From NCBI GenBank assembly GCA_964549075.1, contig CAZJUB010000083.1, positions 1 to 11,572 on the forward strand: a DNA stretch of 11,572 nucleotides, read 5' to 3'. Shown one piece after another: positions 1 to 8,833 of this stretch. Within the stretch, counting starts at the first letter, position 1. Every line of letters starts with the position of its first letter. The position numbers were made by a program, and so were the translations under genes. Under the pieces are notes generated by a model that worked only from the letters and a program-made list of their open reading frames with translations, searched no databases and had not been told where the DNA came from. This DNA is from an uncultured archaeon. GTDB taxonomy: Archaea; Asgardarchaeota; Heimdallarchaeia; Heimdallarchaeales; Heimdallarchaeaceae.

Positions 1-247
1 TTTTCATACTAGCAGGTAAATTATCTTCTAACATTGTAATTGATGACCACGCTTGAATGGTCGAATAAACAGCCATATCAGGAGTAACTACATCTAAAGC
101 CATTCTGAATCGCCATTTTTTAACCTCTAATGGTGCACTATCATTGGCTATAGCTCTCCCTAGTTTCATAGCATTTTCTTGATTTGGTTTGAGACTATAT
201 TGCTCAAGCAAATCACGTACCGTTTCTTTTGATGGTTCTTTGGCCAC
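1..247 (-). CDS. Hypothetical protein, N-terminal part (runs off the left edge)
   Basis: Not in the ORF track. Manual translation from GTG at 247 gives MAKEPSKETVRDLLEQYSLKPNQENAMKLGRAIANDSAPLEVKKWRFRMALDVVTPDMAVYSTIQAWSSITMLEDNLPASMK with no stop. GGGGA lies just upstream and a TATATATA tract at ~288-297. In-frame alternative starts: TTG 259, GTG 280. No family recognised. Confidence 0.7.
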   Translation of the reverse strand, partial: MAKEPSKETVRDLLEQYSLKPNQENAMKLGRAIANDSAPLEVKKWRFRMALDVVTPDMAVYSTIQAWSSITMLEDNLPASMK

Positions 248-555
248 TCTAATCCCCAACTTTTCTAATATACGTACCACCTTGAGTATATATATATCTT
301 CTTCTTTAAAGAGCCAAAGATAACGATTCTGGGGAAAGTAGAACCCCCACCTTCTTGTAATACACCTTCTGTTAAAGATGACTATGTAAAAAAGGTAGGT
401 AAAAGACACATTAAGTGACCTTTCAACAAGGTTTTGATAATTTTCAGCAAAAAAAATTGTTCTAGATAGTTTATCAAAGCTTATAAGAACGAATATTCAA
501 AGAATTGAGAAAAAGTGAGAAAATGTAAGACTCGAGGCCTCTTACCTTACTCTTT

Positions 556-1743
556 TTAAGATTTGAATAAATCATAGAAAGCTAAAATCGAATAAATAGC
601 TGTTCCTTTCCACAAAATATCCTCGTCAACATCGAATTTAGAGTGATGATGAGGATGTATGATACCTTTTTCTTCATTATACAATCCAAGAGCGATAAAA
701 GCTCCTTTAGTCTTGTTAAGATAAAACGCGAAATCCTCACCACCCATTGTTAAGTCTACATTTTCGACTTTATCAAGCGGTTCTAAGATTTTTATTACAT
801 CTTCTACACTTTCATCATCATTGATTGTTGGAGGATAATAAATGCCATCTATTGCATACTTGAATGTACCTTCACATCTCCATGCATGACTGTATCCTTC
901 AATAATCTCTTCCATTCTTTTCAAGATAAATTCTCTAACTTCATTGCTAAAAGTTCGAAATGTTCCTTCCATTTTTGCTATATTTGGTATGATGTTGTGG
1001 GCATCACTCCCCTCTAGCATCGGGATTGAAATGACAACTTTATCAAGTGGATCTATCTCTCTACTCACTATTTTCTGGATTGCATTATATATGTCAACCA
1101 TTACAGCTGTTGGATCAAATGTTTGATGAGGACTAGCTGCGTGTCCACCTTTTCCTTTGATTTCAATCTGAAATTGATCAGCAGAAGCTAAAAAAGGTCC
1201 TTTACGTGTCGCAATTACACCTGTAGGTTGTTCTCTCCATACATGAATTCCAAAAATTTGGTCTACGTCATCTATATGTCCTTCTTCTACAATCTTCTTT
1301 GCTCCTCCTCCACCTTCTTCTGCTGGTTGGAAAATAAGTTTGAGTTTTCCAGTTAGTTTGTCTTTATGTTTGTAAACAATGTTTGCTGCTGTAAGAAGCA
1401 TAGCTGTATGAGCATCATGACCGCAAGCATGCATCTTTCCTGGAATCTTGCTACAATATGGTTTATCATTGTCTTCAGTTACATTAAGTGCATCAATATC
1501 AGCACGTAGAGCTATTATTTTGCCTTTCTTTCCAGAATCAAGAATTGCAATCAATCCTGTTCCAGCTGTTTTAATAACTTCATATCCAATCTTGGTTAGT
1601 TCTTCTAGAAGATAAGCTGAAGTTTCGAATTCCTCAAAACCAGTTTCTGGATACATATGGAAATGTCTTCGTTTTTCAATAACATATTCTTCCATATCTT
1701 TTGATTCTTTAATTAAAATCTGTTTGAATTCACTATTGTCCAT
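556..1743 (-). CDS. M20D family amidohydrolase / carboxypeptidase (aminoacylase-like)
   Basis: Motifs RRHFHMYPETGFEE, LRADIDAL, MHACGHDAH, FQPAEE, GKGGHAASPH, MGGEDF, HHHSKFDVDE are typical of M20D peptidases. Confidence 0.93.
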   Translation of the reverse strand: MDNSEFKQILIKESKDMEEYVIEKRRHFHMYPETGFEEFETSAYLLEELTKIGYEVIKTAGTGLIAILDSGKKGKIIALRADIDALNVTEDNDKPYCSKIPGKMHACGHDAHTAMLLTAANIVYKHKDKLTGKLKLIFQPAEEGGGGAKKIVEEGHIDDVDQIFGIHVWREQPTGVIATRKGPFLASADQFQIEIKGKGGHAASPHQTFDPTAVMVDIYNAIQKIVSREIDPLDKVVISIPMLEGSDAHNIIPNIAKMEGTFRTFSNEVREFILKRMEEIIEGYSHAWRCEGTFKYAIDGIYYPPTINDDESVEDVIKILEPLDKVENVDLTMGGEDFAFYLNKTKGAFIALGLYNEEKGIIHPHHHSKFDVDEDILWKGTAIYSILAFYDLFKS

Positions 1744-1912
1744 AGGTTTCTTGAATAACCACGCTATTTTTACTTTTCCCTTAATCTATTTTTAATTAGA
1801 ATTTATTTTTATTTTTGTGGAATTGCGTTTCCACTAATATGTAGTTTTTTTTGGATAAAGATTTAAAATAAAGACCAATGGACTGCGAGTTTGTATTTGT
1901 GAGGAACAAAGC
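1744..1912. promoter_or_regulatory. Divergent promoter region between M20D gene and fixC-like operon
   Basis: AT-rich intergenic DNA, TATA-like TTTAAAAT at 1862-1869, SD-like GTGAGG at ~1899-1904 before ATG 1913. Confidence 0.45.
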
Positions 1913-3214
1913 ATGAATAATAATGAATACGATGTAATTGTTGTAGGAGCAGGATGTGCAGGTCCAGCTGCAGCGAAGAAAGCAGCTGAATTGGGTTTGA
2001 AGGTATTAGTCTTAGAAAAATCCCAAGTTCCTGGAGAAAAAAATGTCTCTGGAACATGTCTGAATGGAGCTGCACTATTAGATTCAGATCTGCATTATAT
2101 TGTAGATTGTCCGACTGAGCGATTAATCAGAGAAATGCGAACCTATCATATCAATAGTGACCGAACAGTAGTCTTTCATGAGATACCTTCAGAAGGAGTC
2201 TTGTTACTCTCTGTAAGAAGAGATCATCTTGACGCTTGGCACACAGAAGAAGCTAAGAAAGCAGGAGCAGAAGTTAAACTATCAACAGCAGTAGTAGATA
2301 TTATAGAAGAGAACGATTATGTCAAAGGAGTAATTACTGATTCTGGAGAAAAATATTATGCTAAAGTGGTGATTGATGCAGCAGGAGTTAACTCCATTGT
2401 TGGTCGTAAAGCAGGTTTAATACCCAAAAGAAAAGGAACAGATATGATTCTGTACATTACAGCTGCTGTTAAATTAGGTGAAGAAATAATTAACGAACGA
2501 TTTGGAGATTGTATTGAATATTATCTGTCTCCTGGAGTCCAATATAAAACATGGCCTTGGATTTTTCCCAAGAAAGACACTGTAACTCTGGGAACAGGAG
2601 GGTATATGGATGAGAACCTACTAAATGATGATTTTCCCAATGTAAAAAAGTATATGGAAAATTTCATGAATCTTCCTATTGTTAAGAAAAAACTTGATGG
2701 TGGAGAGATTGTTTCATGGGGTGTACATCTAGAGTATGATGAAACAATTGAACGAAAAGTACGAAATGGTTTAATTCTCACTGGTGAAGCTGGTGGGTTT
2801 GTGATTCCCTTCTTAGGGGAGGGTATGCCTGAATCATTCTTTTCGGGTATTTATGCTGCTATCTCTTCTGCTGAAGCAATTGAAGCTGGTGATTACTCTG
2901 AAGCACAATTATCGGAAAGATATGAGCAATTGATAGGTGACAATTTCTTCATGCAAGCATTTAGACACATTGCAGCAGTAAATAAAGAAGCAATTCTCAG
3001 TAAAACTGATGAAGAGATAACTAGACTTATGCAACAAGTCATAATGGGAGGAGGATTTATCTCTAGTGCCATCCATACTAAGTGGTTGAAAGGAGTAGAA
3101 GAAAATAATATGGAACTCATTCAAGAAGCATATGACTTTCTTGAACTGATACAACCATATGGTTCTGTCGATCCAGATTTTGAAAATCTCATTAAGGGGA
3201 GGCGAAATAAATGA
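1913..3214 (+). CDS. fixC: FixC-like FAD-dependent oxidoreductase (ETF:quinone oxidoreductase flavoprotein / geranylgeranyl reductase superfamily)
   Basis: N-terminal YDVIVVGAGCAGPAAA Rossmann motif, PGEKNVSG (FixC-type KNxxG), RRDHLDAW, WIFPK, GEAGG...GEGM. Overlaps a FixX-like ferredoxin gene by 4 bp. Confidence 0.75.
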   Translation: MNNNEYDVIVVGAGCAGPAAAKKAAELGLKVLVLEKSQVPGEKNVSGTCLNGAALLDSDLHYIVDCPTERLIREMRTYHINSDRTVVFHEIPSEGVLLLSVRRDHLDAWHTEEAKKAGAEVKLSTAVVDIIEENDYVKGVITDSGEKYYAKVVIDAAGVNSIVGRKAGLIPKRKGTDMILYITAAVKLGEEIINERFGDCIEYYLSPGVQYKTWPWIFPKKDTVTLGTGGYMDENLLNDDFPNVKKYMENFMNLPIVKKKLDGGEIVSWGVHLEYDETIERKVRNGLILTGEAGGFVIPFLGEGMPESFFSGIYAAISSAEAIEAGDYSEAQLSERYEQLIGDNFFMQAFRHIAAVNKEAILSKTDEEITRLMQQVIMGGGFISSAIHTKWLKGVEENNMELIQEAYDFLELIQPYGSVDPDFENLIKGRRNK

Positions 3215-3471
3215 ACATAGAAATGAAGTTTAATTATTATCCAGGAGATACTGGGGAATTCATCAAAGTAGATGAAGATAATTGCGTTGGGTGTGGTGAC
3301 TGTGCTAAATTCTGTACCGCTGGAGTTTGGGAACCTGATGGCTCTATTTATCGTCCAGTTAATTTGAAGAGTTGCCTAGAATGTGGCGCATGTTGGAATG
3401 TTTGTGACTATGATGCTGTAATCTTTAGTGAACCAAGAGGGGGAACTGGAGTACGTTTCAGTTATGGTTAG
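3211..3471 (+). CDS. fixX: FixX-like 2x[4Fe-4S] ferredoxin
   Basis: CVGCGDCAKFC and CLECGACWNVC cluster motifs, and C-terminal PRGGTGVRFSYG matching the FixX PRGGxGVxxxxG tail. Confidence 0.85.
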   Translation: MNIEMKFNYYPGDTGEFIKVDEDNCVGCGDCAKFCTAGVWEPDGSIYRPVNLKSCLECGACWNVCDYDAVIFSEPRGGTGVRFSYG

Positions 3472-3480
3472 GTGATATAA

Positions 3481-3822
3481 ATGGCAAGTAAAGAAGAAGT
3501 AATGGAAATTTTAGAAAACCAAAAGAACAAATATACTAATGAAAGTGTAGCAAAACACTTCAAAGGTTGGAATAAGAAGTTACAATATCATTTTACTGAT
3601 ACAGAAGAGTATTATGTTATTGAATTAATAGATGGAAAACCCCAACCTTTAATCAAAGAAAAGCTTGAAGATCCAGATATTATGTACTCAATGAGTACAG
3701 ATACATTCGTAAAATTGAATAGAGGCGAAATAAGTGGTTTGAAGGCTTATCAAAGAAAATTATTAAAAATAAAAGCTACAATGCCTGAAATTATGAAATT
3801 ACAGAAATTAGATAAGCTCTAA
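3481..3822 (+). CDS. SCP2 (sterol carrier protein 2) lipid-binding domain protein
   Basis: 113 aa. PDIMYSMSTDTFVKLNRGEISGLKAYQRKLLKIKATMPEIMKLQKL fits the SCP2 C-terminal pattern. GGTGA SD-like sequence upstream. Confidence 0.8.
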   Translation: MASKEEVMEILENQKNKYTNESVAKHFKGWNKKLQYHFTDTEEYYVIELIDGKPQPLIKEKLEDPDIMYSMSTDTFVKLNRGEISGLKAYQRKLLKIKATMPEIMKLQKLDKL

Positions 3823-3841
3823 CTTTTCACCTTTTTTTGTT
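3823..3841 (+). terminator. Archaeal-type oligo-T terminator
   Basis: CTTTTCACCTTTTTTTGTT directly after the SCP2 stop codon. Confidence 0.45.
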
Positions 3842-3879
3842 GAAGGATATAATTCATAAGTGCTAATCTACAATAGTAT

Positions 3880-6054
3880 TTGAATACAATGCCTGAGCTA
3901 CGTGGATTAGTTAAAGGAATGGATTGTGCAAATTGTGTAGCTAAAGTAAGGAAGAATATTGAAAATTTACCAGGCATTGAAGATGTAAAAATAAATCTAG
4001 TTTCTACTAAACTCATTGTTAATTTTAATGAAAAGGAATCTTCTGAAAAAGACATTATTAAAACAATAAAAAGAACAGGCTACGGATTTGATAGAAATTA
4101 CGAACACAAGTCATTTTTTAATTTAAAACATAATAAGAACTTGGTTTTCTTTTTGATAAGTGCAATTTTTCTTATCATTGCTCTCTGTTTTGATTATCTA
4201 AGAATTCAACATATTCATCCTCTGTTTTACCTCCCCATAATAATTATTGGAGGTATACCAATTTATGTGAAAGCTTTTGCTTCAATTAAAGCAAAAACTA
4301 TTGATATAGATATTCTTATGGTAATTGCAGTTATTGGTGCAATGATAATAGGATTCTGGGAGGAAGCAGGTGAAATTATTGTTCTTTTTACTCTTGCAGA
4401 ATTACTTGAGGCCTTTTCAATGGATAAAGCAAGAGAGTCGATACGTTCTTTAATGGATTTAACTCCTCCTACAGCTACAAGATTAATAAAAGGGAGAAAA
4501 CATGAAATTGTCCCACTAGAAGAATTAGTCGTAGGAGATCGAGTTAGTGTCAAACCAGGAGGAAGAATTCCAATTGATGGGAAAATTGATTGGGGAGATA
4601 CTGCGGTGGATCAGAGCCCCATAACAGGAGAATCATTACCAGTTCAGAAAAAAGTAGGCGATATGGTCTTCTCTGGTTCAATTAATCTCGATGGTTATAT
4701 CATTATAAGAGTAACTAGTATGCCAGAGGAAAGTACTGTTGCAAGAATTAGAAAACTAATAGAAGACGCTGAGCAAAAGAAATCAAAGAGAGAACAATTT
4801 ATCCAAAAATTTGCAAAGTATTATACACCTACTATGGTGGGAATAGCTCTTTTAGTATTTTTAATCCCAGGTGTTTTTCTGAATATCCCAGTCAATACTG
4901 CAATCTTAAAAAATTGGCTTTACTATGGTATAGTAATATTAGTTATCTCCTGCCCTTGTGCTTTGGTTCTTTCAACCCCTATAACAGTTGTTACTGCAAT
5001 AACTCGAGCTTCTAAATATGGCGTATTAATTAAGGGAGGCAAGTATCTTGAAGCTATATCTGAGATGAAAACAGTTGCGATGGATAAAACAGGTACTCTT
5101 TCTACTGGGAAACTCAAATTATACAAAACTGAGACTTATGGGGATTTTACAGAGAAAGAAGTAATCGAAATTGCTTCTAGTTTAGAAGTTCATTCAGAAC
5201 ACAAAATAGCAGAATCTATACTTCAACGAGGAAAAGAGCTGAATGTCAGACAACTTGGTTTTCAAGATGTAAAAACTATTCCTGGAAGAGGTATTCAAGG
5301 GACTAGAAAGAAGAAAACATACTATATCGGAAATGAAGCACTTGTTGATGAAATAATAGGATTAGAAGCCTGTGATTTAGAATGTGAGGAGTCAGAAAGT
5401 GTTGTCAGCTATGTTATGGAAGGTAAGAATGTGATTGCTCACCTACATATGTCTGATGAGCTAAGGAGTGAAACTAAAGAAGCTGTTGAAGAATTGAAGA
5501 ATTTAGGTGTAAAAGAAATTATAATGCTTACTGGCGATAATGTTGAAGTAGCATCAAAAATCGCAGATGAGCTAAACATTTCTTACAAAGCTGAGCTCTT
5601 ACCTGAAGATAAGATGCAATATATACAAGAATTGAAAGATAAGAAAGAATCTGTATTAATGGTAGGTGATGGTATAAATGATGCTCCAGCTTTAACTCTT
5701 GCTGATGTGGGAGTTGCTTTGGGTACAGCAGGAACTGCAATTGCTATAGAAACTGCAGATATCGTTCTTTCGTCTGATAATCTATTCAGTATACCTTATC
5801 TGTTTAAACTTAGTAAAAAAGCTAAAAGTACAATTCAAATTAACATAGCAATCTCCCTTTCTATAAAATTCGCATTTTTTGCTTTAGTCTTCCTAAGTGT
5901 TGCAATTTCAAGTGTAGCAGCTTTCTTTGGAAATTCTCTTTTATGGTTATCAGTGTTAGTAGGAGATATGGGTGCTTCTCTATTAGTTATACTGAATGCA
6001 ATGTTGGTAGGGAGGAAAAGATATCAAAAAGAGAACATGTTGCAAAAGAAGTAA
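3880..6054 (+). CDS. zntA: Heavy-metal P1B-type ATPase, Zn/Cd/Pb (P1B-2, ZntA/CadA-like)
   Basis: N-terminal GMDCANC metal-binding domain, TGES, SCPCAL, DKTGT, SEH, TGDN, GDGINDAP. Lys in the penultimate TM (SIKFAF) and GDMG in the last TM are P1B-2 signatures. Start is TTG 3880 or ATG 3889. Confidence 0.88.
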   Translation: MNTMPELRGLVKGMDCANCVAKVRKNIENLPGIEDVKINLVSTKLIVNFNEKESSEKDIIKTIKRTGYGFDRNYEHKSFFNLKHNKNLVFFLISAIFLIIALCFDYLRIQHIHPLFYLPIIIIGGIPIYVKAFASIKAKTIDIDILMVIAVIGAMIIGFWEEAGEIIVLFTLAELLEAFSMDKARESIRSLMDLTPPTATRLIKGRKHEIVPLEELVVGDRVSVKPGGRIPIDGKIDWGDTAVDQSPITGESLPVQKKVGDMVFSGSINLDGYIIIRVTSMPEESTVARIRKLIEDAEQKKSKREQFIQKFAKYYTPTMVGIALLVFLIPGVFLNIPVNTAILKNWLYYGIVILVISCPCALVLSTPITVVTAITRASKYGVLIKGGKYLEAISEMKTVAMDKTGTLSTGKLKLYKTETYGDFTEKEVIEIASSLEVHSEHKIAESILQRGKELNVRQLGFQDVKTIPGRGIQGTRKKKTYYIGNEALVDEIIGLEACDLECEESESVVSYVMEGKNVIAHLHMSDELRSETKEAVEELKNLGVKEIIMLTGDNVEVASKIADELNISYKAELLPEDKMQYIQELKDKKESVLMVGDGINDAPALTLADVGVALGTAGTAIAIETADIVLSSDNLFSIPYLFKLSKKAKSTIQINIAISLSIKFAFFALVFLSVAISSVAAFFGNSLLWLSVLVGDMGASLLVILNAMLVGRKRYQKENMLQKK

Positions 6055-6095
6055 ATTAATAAACATTTTAACTAACGAAGATATGGTATATAATA

Positions 6096-7958
6096 ATGAG
6101 TAAGCAAGATAAGACTTTAAGTAAACCTGTAGTTTATGTCTTAATAGCTCTAGTAATCTTAAGTTCAATTTTTGCAATTATGATGTTTGGTCCTGGTACT
6201 GGACCAACTAATTCACTTTTTAAATCGACTTTACGTTATTATACAAAAGGGACTGAAGAGTTATATTATGTTGATTATGCAAAGGATATAATTCAAGATA
6301 TAAGAGAAATTGGTGTAGATGTTACCAGTTTACCTTCAGAATATTCTCTTTTTTTGGATGAGGTATATGGTGCAAAAGAGTATGATATGGCCGTTGTAGA
6401 ATATGAAGGTTTAAACTCACCTCATCTTGACTTATTATTTAAAGAAGGAGCGACAGATAACATTTTCAATTTTGAGAATAATATGGATGGTAATGTTACT
6501 TTGAATCTAATTAACAATATTACCGTTGAAACCGATTTTAATGCAAGAAAAACCTTATTTTATCAACTTCAAGAACATATAATGACCAATGTTCTCCCTA
6601 TGGTTCCATTATTTACTCCAGTAAGAGCTTATGCTTATTGGGATAATATTGAAGGTTTCACTAGTACAATCGGGATATCTCAGAGCCTTCCCTATATGAC
6701 TTTTAATGGTTTACATGATTCTCAATCTTCTACAAATGAATTGTTTATTGGTTCTGGTAAATGGTTTGATCTTAATCCTCTTTCAATGAGTGAGGATGCC
6801 GAGAAACTAATTGTATCATTTATGATGGATAAACTTATCCAATTGGACGATAAAGGAATGGCAACAAAATATGGTTTAATTGATAATTGGGAATATTTGA
6901 ATGACACCACTCTTCTGCTTCATGTACGTGATAACGTACATTGGCAACCTGATGTTGATGGTCTGTTCCCTGCAGAGACTCTGAGCACTAGTGATGTGCT
7001 TTTTACCTTAGATATGTATACTAATAGTGAAGCTAATATTAATGCAGATTTGTTTAATTGGATTGACTCTTATGAAGAATATAACAGCAGTACAGTAGCC
7101 ATTTATATTGACTCATTTCCTTCCACCCCGGAAAAGGATCCTTATGCTTTTGCAGTTGAAGACCTTTCAATTTACCCTTTTCCTGCATATTATCTTGATG
7201 TTGCACCAACTATTCATGAAATTCTGACTTCAAATAGGTGGACAAAATTCTCAGATGATCCATTTGGTACTGGTAAATATATTTACAATTCTACAGAAAG
7301 CCAAGTAGATCTTGCTGCAGTTTTACATAAGTTTGGAAATTGGCATGGAATAGGCGTCTTACCTGGTCAAACTACAAATTTAGCTTTTAATACTATCGAA
7401 GTCCAAATGTATGGTGACAGTTATTCTATGCATCTTGCACTTCAAGAGGGGAGAATAGATTTAGCTGATTTCAAAAAAAATCCAATAATTGAGGATGCAA
7501 TACCAGATGAAGGTTTTAAAGTGGAGTTCAAGGTTGAAAATTCTTTAATCTTCTTGGCATTCAATTTGCAAAACGAAGTATTTGGAGGAGAGAATAATTA
7601 CTTATCAACTAATGAAACTGGAGTGTCAAAAGCACTAGCAATAAGAAAAGCTATAGCCTATGCTCTACAGAAATCTCTGACTAATTCAAGATTACATAAT
7701 GGTCACTATAATATTACAGATACTCCACTACCAACATATTACCAAGATTATTACTATACGGGAGTCACAAAATATAATCATGATCTCAATCAAGCTGTAA
7801 AATATCTAATCTTAGCAGGATTCAATATCTCTACAGGTACTCAAACCGAAGAAACGAGTTTTAGTTTTATGAGTTCAATGATAAGTGTAGGAGTTATCTC
7901 ACCAATCTTAGTACTTATAATAAATAGAAGAAAGAACAAAGTGAAGATAAATGACTAG
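6096..7958 (+). CDS. Family-5 (OppA/DppA-like) solute-binding protein, N- and C-terminal hydrophobic segments, segment order permuted
   Basis: LNP...DKLIQLD...NWEYLNDTTLLLHVRDNVHW, SDVLFT, PFGTGKY, LAFN, IRKAIAYAL, YNHDLNQAVKYLILAG, plus IQDIREIGVDV / RKTLFYQLQ / LPMVPL. Hydrophobic N-terminus, C-terminal TM followed by RRKNK. Confidence 0.85.
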   Translation: MSKQDKTLSKPVVYVLIALVILSSIFAIMMFGPGTGPTNSLFKSTLRYYTKGTEELYYVDYAKDIIQDIREIGVDVTSLPSEYSLFLDEVYGAKEYDMAVVEYEGLNSPHLDLLFKEGATDNIFNFENNMDGNVTLNLINNITVETDFNARKTLFYQLQEHIMTNVLPMVPLFTPVRAYAYWDNIEGFTSTIGISQSLPYMTFNGLHDSQSSTNELFIGSGKWFDLNPLSMSEDAEKLIVSFMMDKLIQLDDKGMATKYGLIDNWEYLNDTTLLLHVRDNVHWQPDVDGLFPAETLSTSDVLFTLDMYTNSEANINADLFNWIDSYEEYNSSTVAIYIDSFPSTPEKDPYAFAVEDLSIYPFPAYYLDVAPTIHEILTSNRWTKFSDDPFGTGKYIYNSTESQVDLAAVLHKFGNWHGIGVLPGQTTNLAFNTIEVQMYGDSYSMHLALQEGRIDLADFKKNPIIEDAIPDEGFKVEFKVENSLIFLAFNLQNEVFGGENNYLSTNETGVSKALAIRKAIAYALQKSLTNSRLHNGHYNITDTPLPTYYQDYYYTGVTKYNHDLNQAVKYLILAGFNISTGTQTEETSFSFMSSMISVGVISPILVLIINRRKNKVKIND

Positions 7959-8670
7959 AATAAACGAGATAGGATTAGTGGATTTGAAAGGTAAGCCATT
8001 AATCCAAGCATTTAGTGGAAGTGGAGCAATAGGTACAATTCTATCTGCCTTTCTCATTAAAACCTTCGAGATGGAACAAGTAGCAGTAATACATGCAGAC
8101 TCTATCCCTCCAGTAGCAATGGTTAAAGGAGGATTGATAGAACATCCGATAAGACTTTTTCAATCAGAGAATCTTTCTTTGATGACTTGTGAAGTATCTA
8201 TACCTTACAGCATCTTACCTGAATTCCTGAATACACTGGTAGAATACTATGTTGAAAAAGAAGCATCATATGTCATTCCAGTTGGAGGTCTACCGGTCTT
8301 ACCAGATAATTATGATAATGGTTATTGTTATGGTGTAGCTAATAACTCTGAAATGGTTACTTTTTTGGAAAAGAAAGAAATTGCATTGCTAGAAGAAGGA
8401 GTTATTTACGGTTCAGTTGTGGAAACCTTAGAGCTCTGTCATATACACGGTTTCAACTCTTGTTTTGCCTTACTTGCAGAGTGCGATCCAGGAATAGCAA
8501 GCTACCATGCAACAAAACAAATACTGGAGGATTTAGCGAGAATCTTTGGATTTGAATTTGATGAAGATAAATTTACAGAAGTTACAAGGGCCATTAAAGC
8601 AAGAATTGAAGAAAGTGCTAGATATATCAGAGAAGATAGTATGGAAAAAACAAGAGAAAGTCACTTGTAA
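7951..8670 (+). CDS. PAC2 family (proteasome assembly chaperone-like) protein
   Basis: LIQAFSGSGAIGTI...IPPVAMVKGG...HPIRLF, PVGG and LLAEC match the archaeal PAC2/PbaA-B pattern. 8-bp overlap with the upstream gene. Confidence 0.85.
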   Translation: MTRINEIGLVDLKGKPLIQAFSGSGAIGTILSAFLIKTFEMEQVAVIHADSIPPVAMVKGGLIEHPIRLFQSENLSLMTCEVSIPYSILPEFLNTLVEYYVEKEASYVIPVGGLPVLPDNYDNGYCYGVANNSEMVTFLEKKEIALLEEGVIYGSVVETLELCHIHGFNSCFALLAECDPGIASYHATKQILEDLARIFGFEFDEDKFTEVTRAIKARIEESARYIREDSMEKTRESHL

Positions 8671-8764
8671 TACCGACAAAAATAATTGGGCGCTTAAACG
8701 CTAATTTTCGATAAAAGAGGGATTTTTGTCGTAATTTAAACCCTCTGTTACAGCATGAATAACA

Positions 8765-8794
8765 TTTAAATAGGTTTGAGGACATTGTTATATA
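8765..8794 (+). promoter_or_regulatory. Candidate TATA boxes for the downstream ncRNA
   Basis: TTTAAATA at 8765-8772 after an A-rich stretch, and TTATATA at 8788-8794. These would place a start at ~8795 or ~8817. No + strand CDS follows. Confidence 0.5.
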
Positions 8795-8833
8795 GGTCAA
8801 GGGTTAGGCAAGATTAGGGCTTAATGGAATAAA

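Noticed and set aside
433-478. TTTGATAA...TTATCAAA inverted repeat
   Set aside because: 8-bp AT-rich arms are expected by chance in this composition.
3811-3822. SCP2 C-terminal DKL resembling the peroxisomal PTS1 of eukaryotic SCP2
   Set aside because: Asp at -3 is not PTS1 consensus, and three residues are too little evidence.
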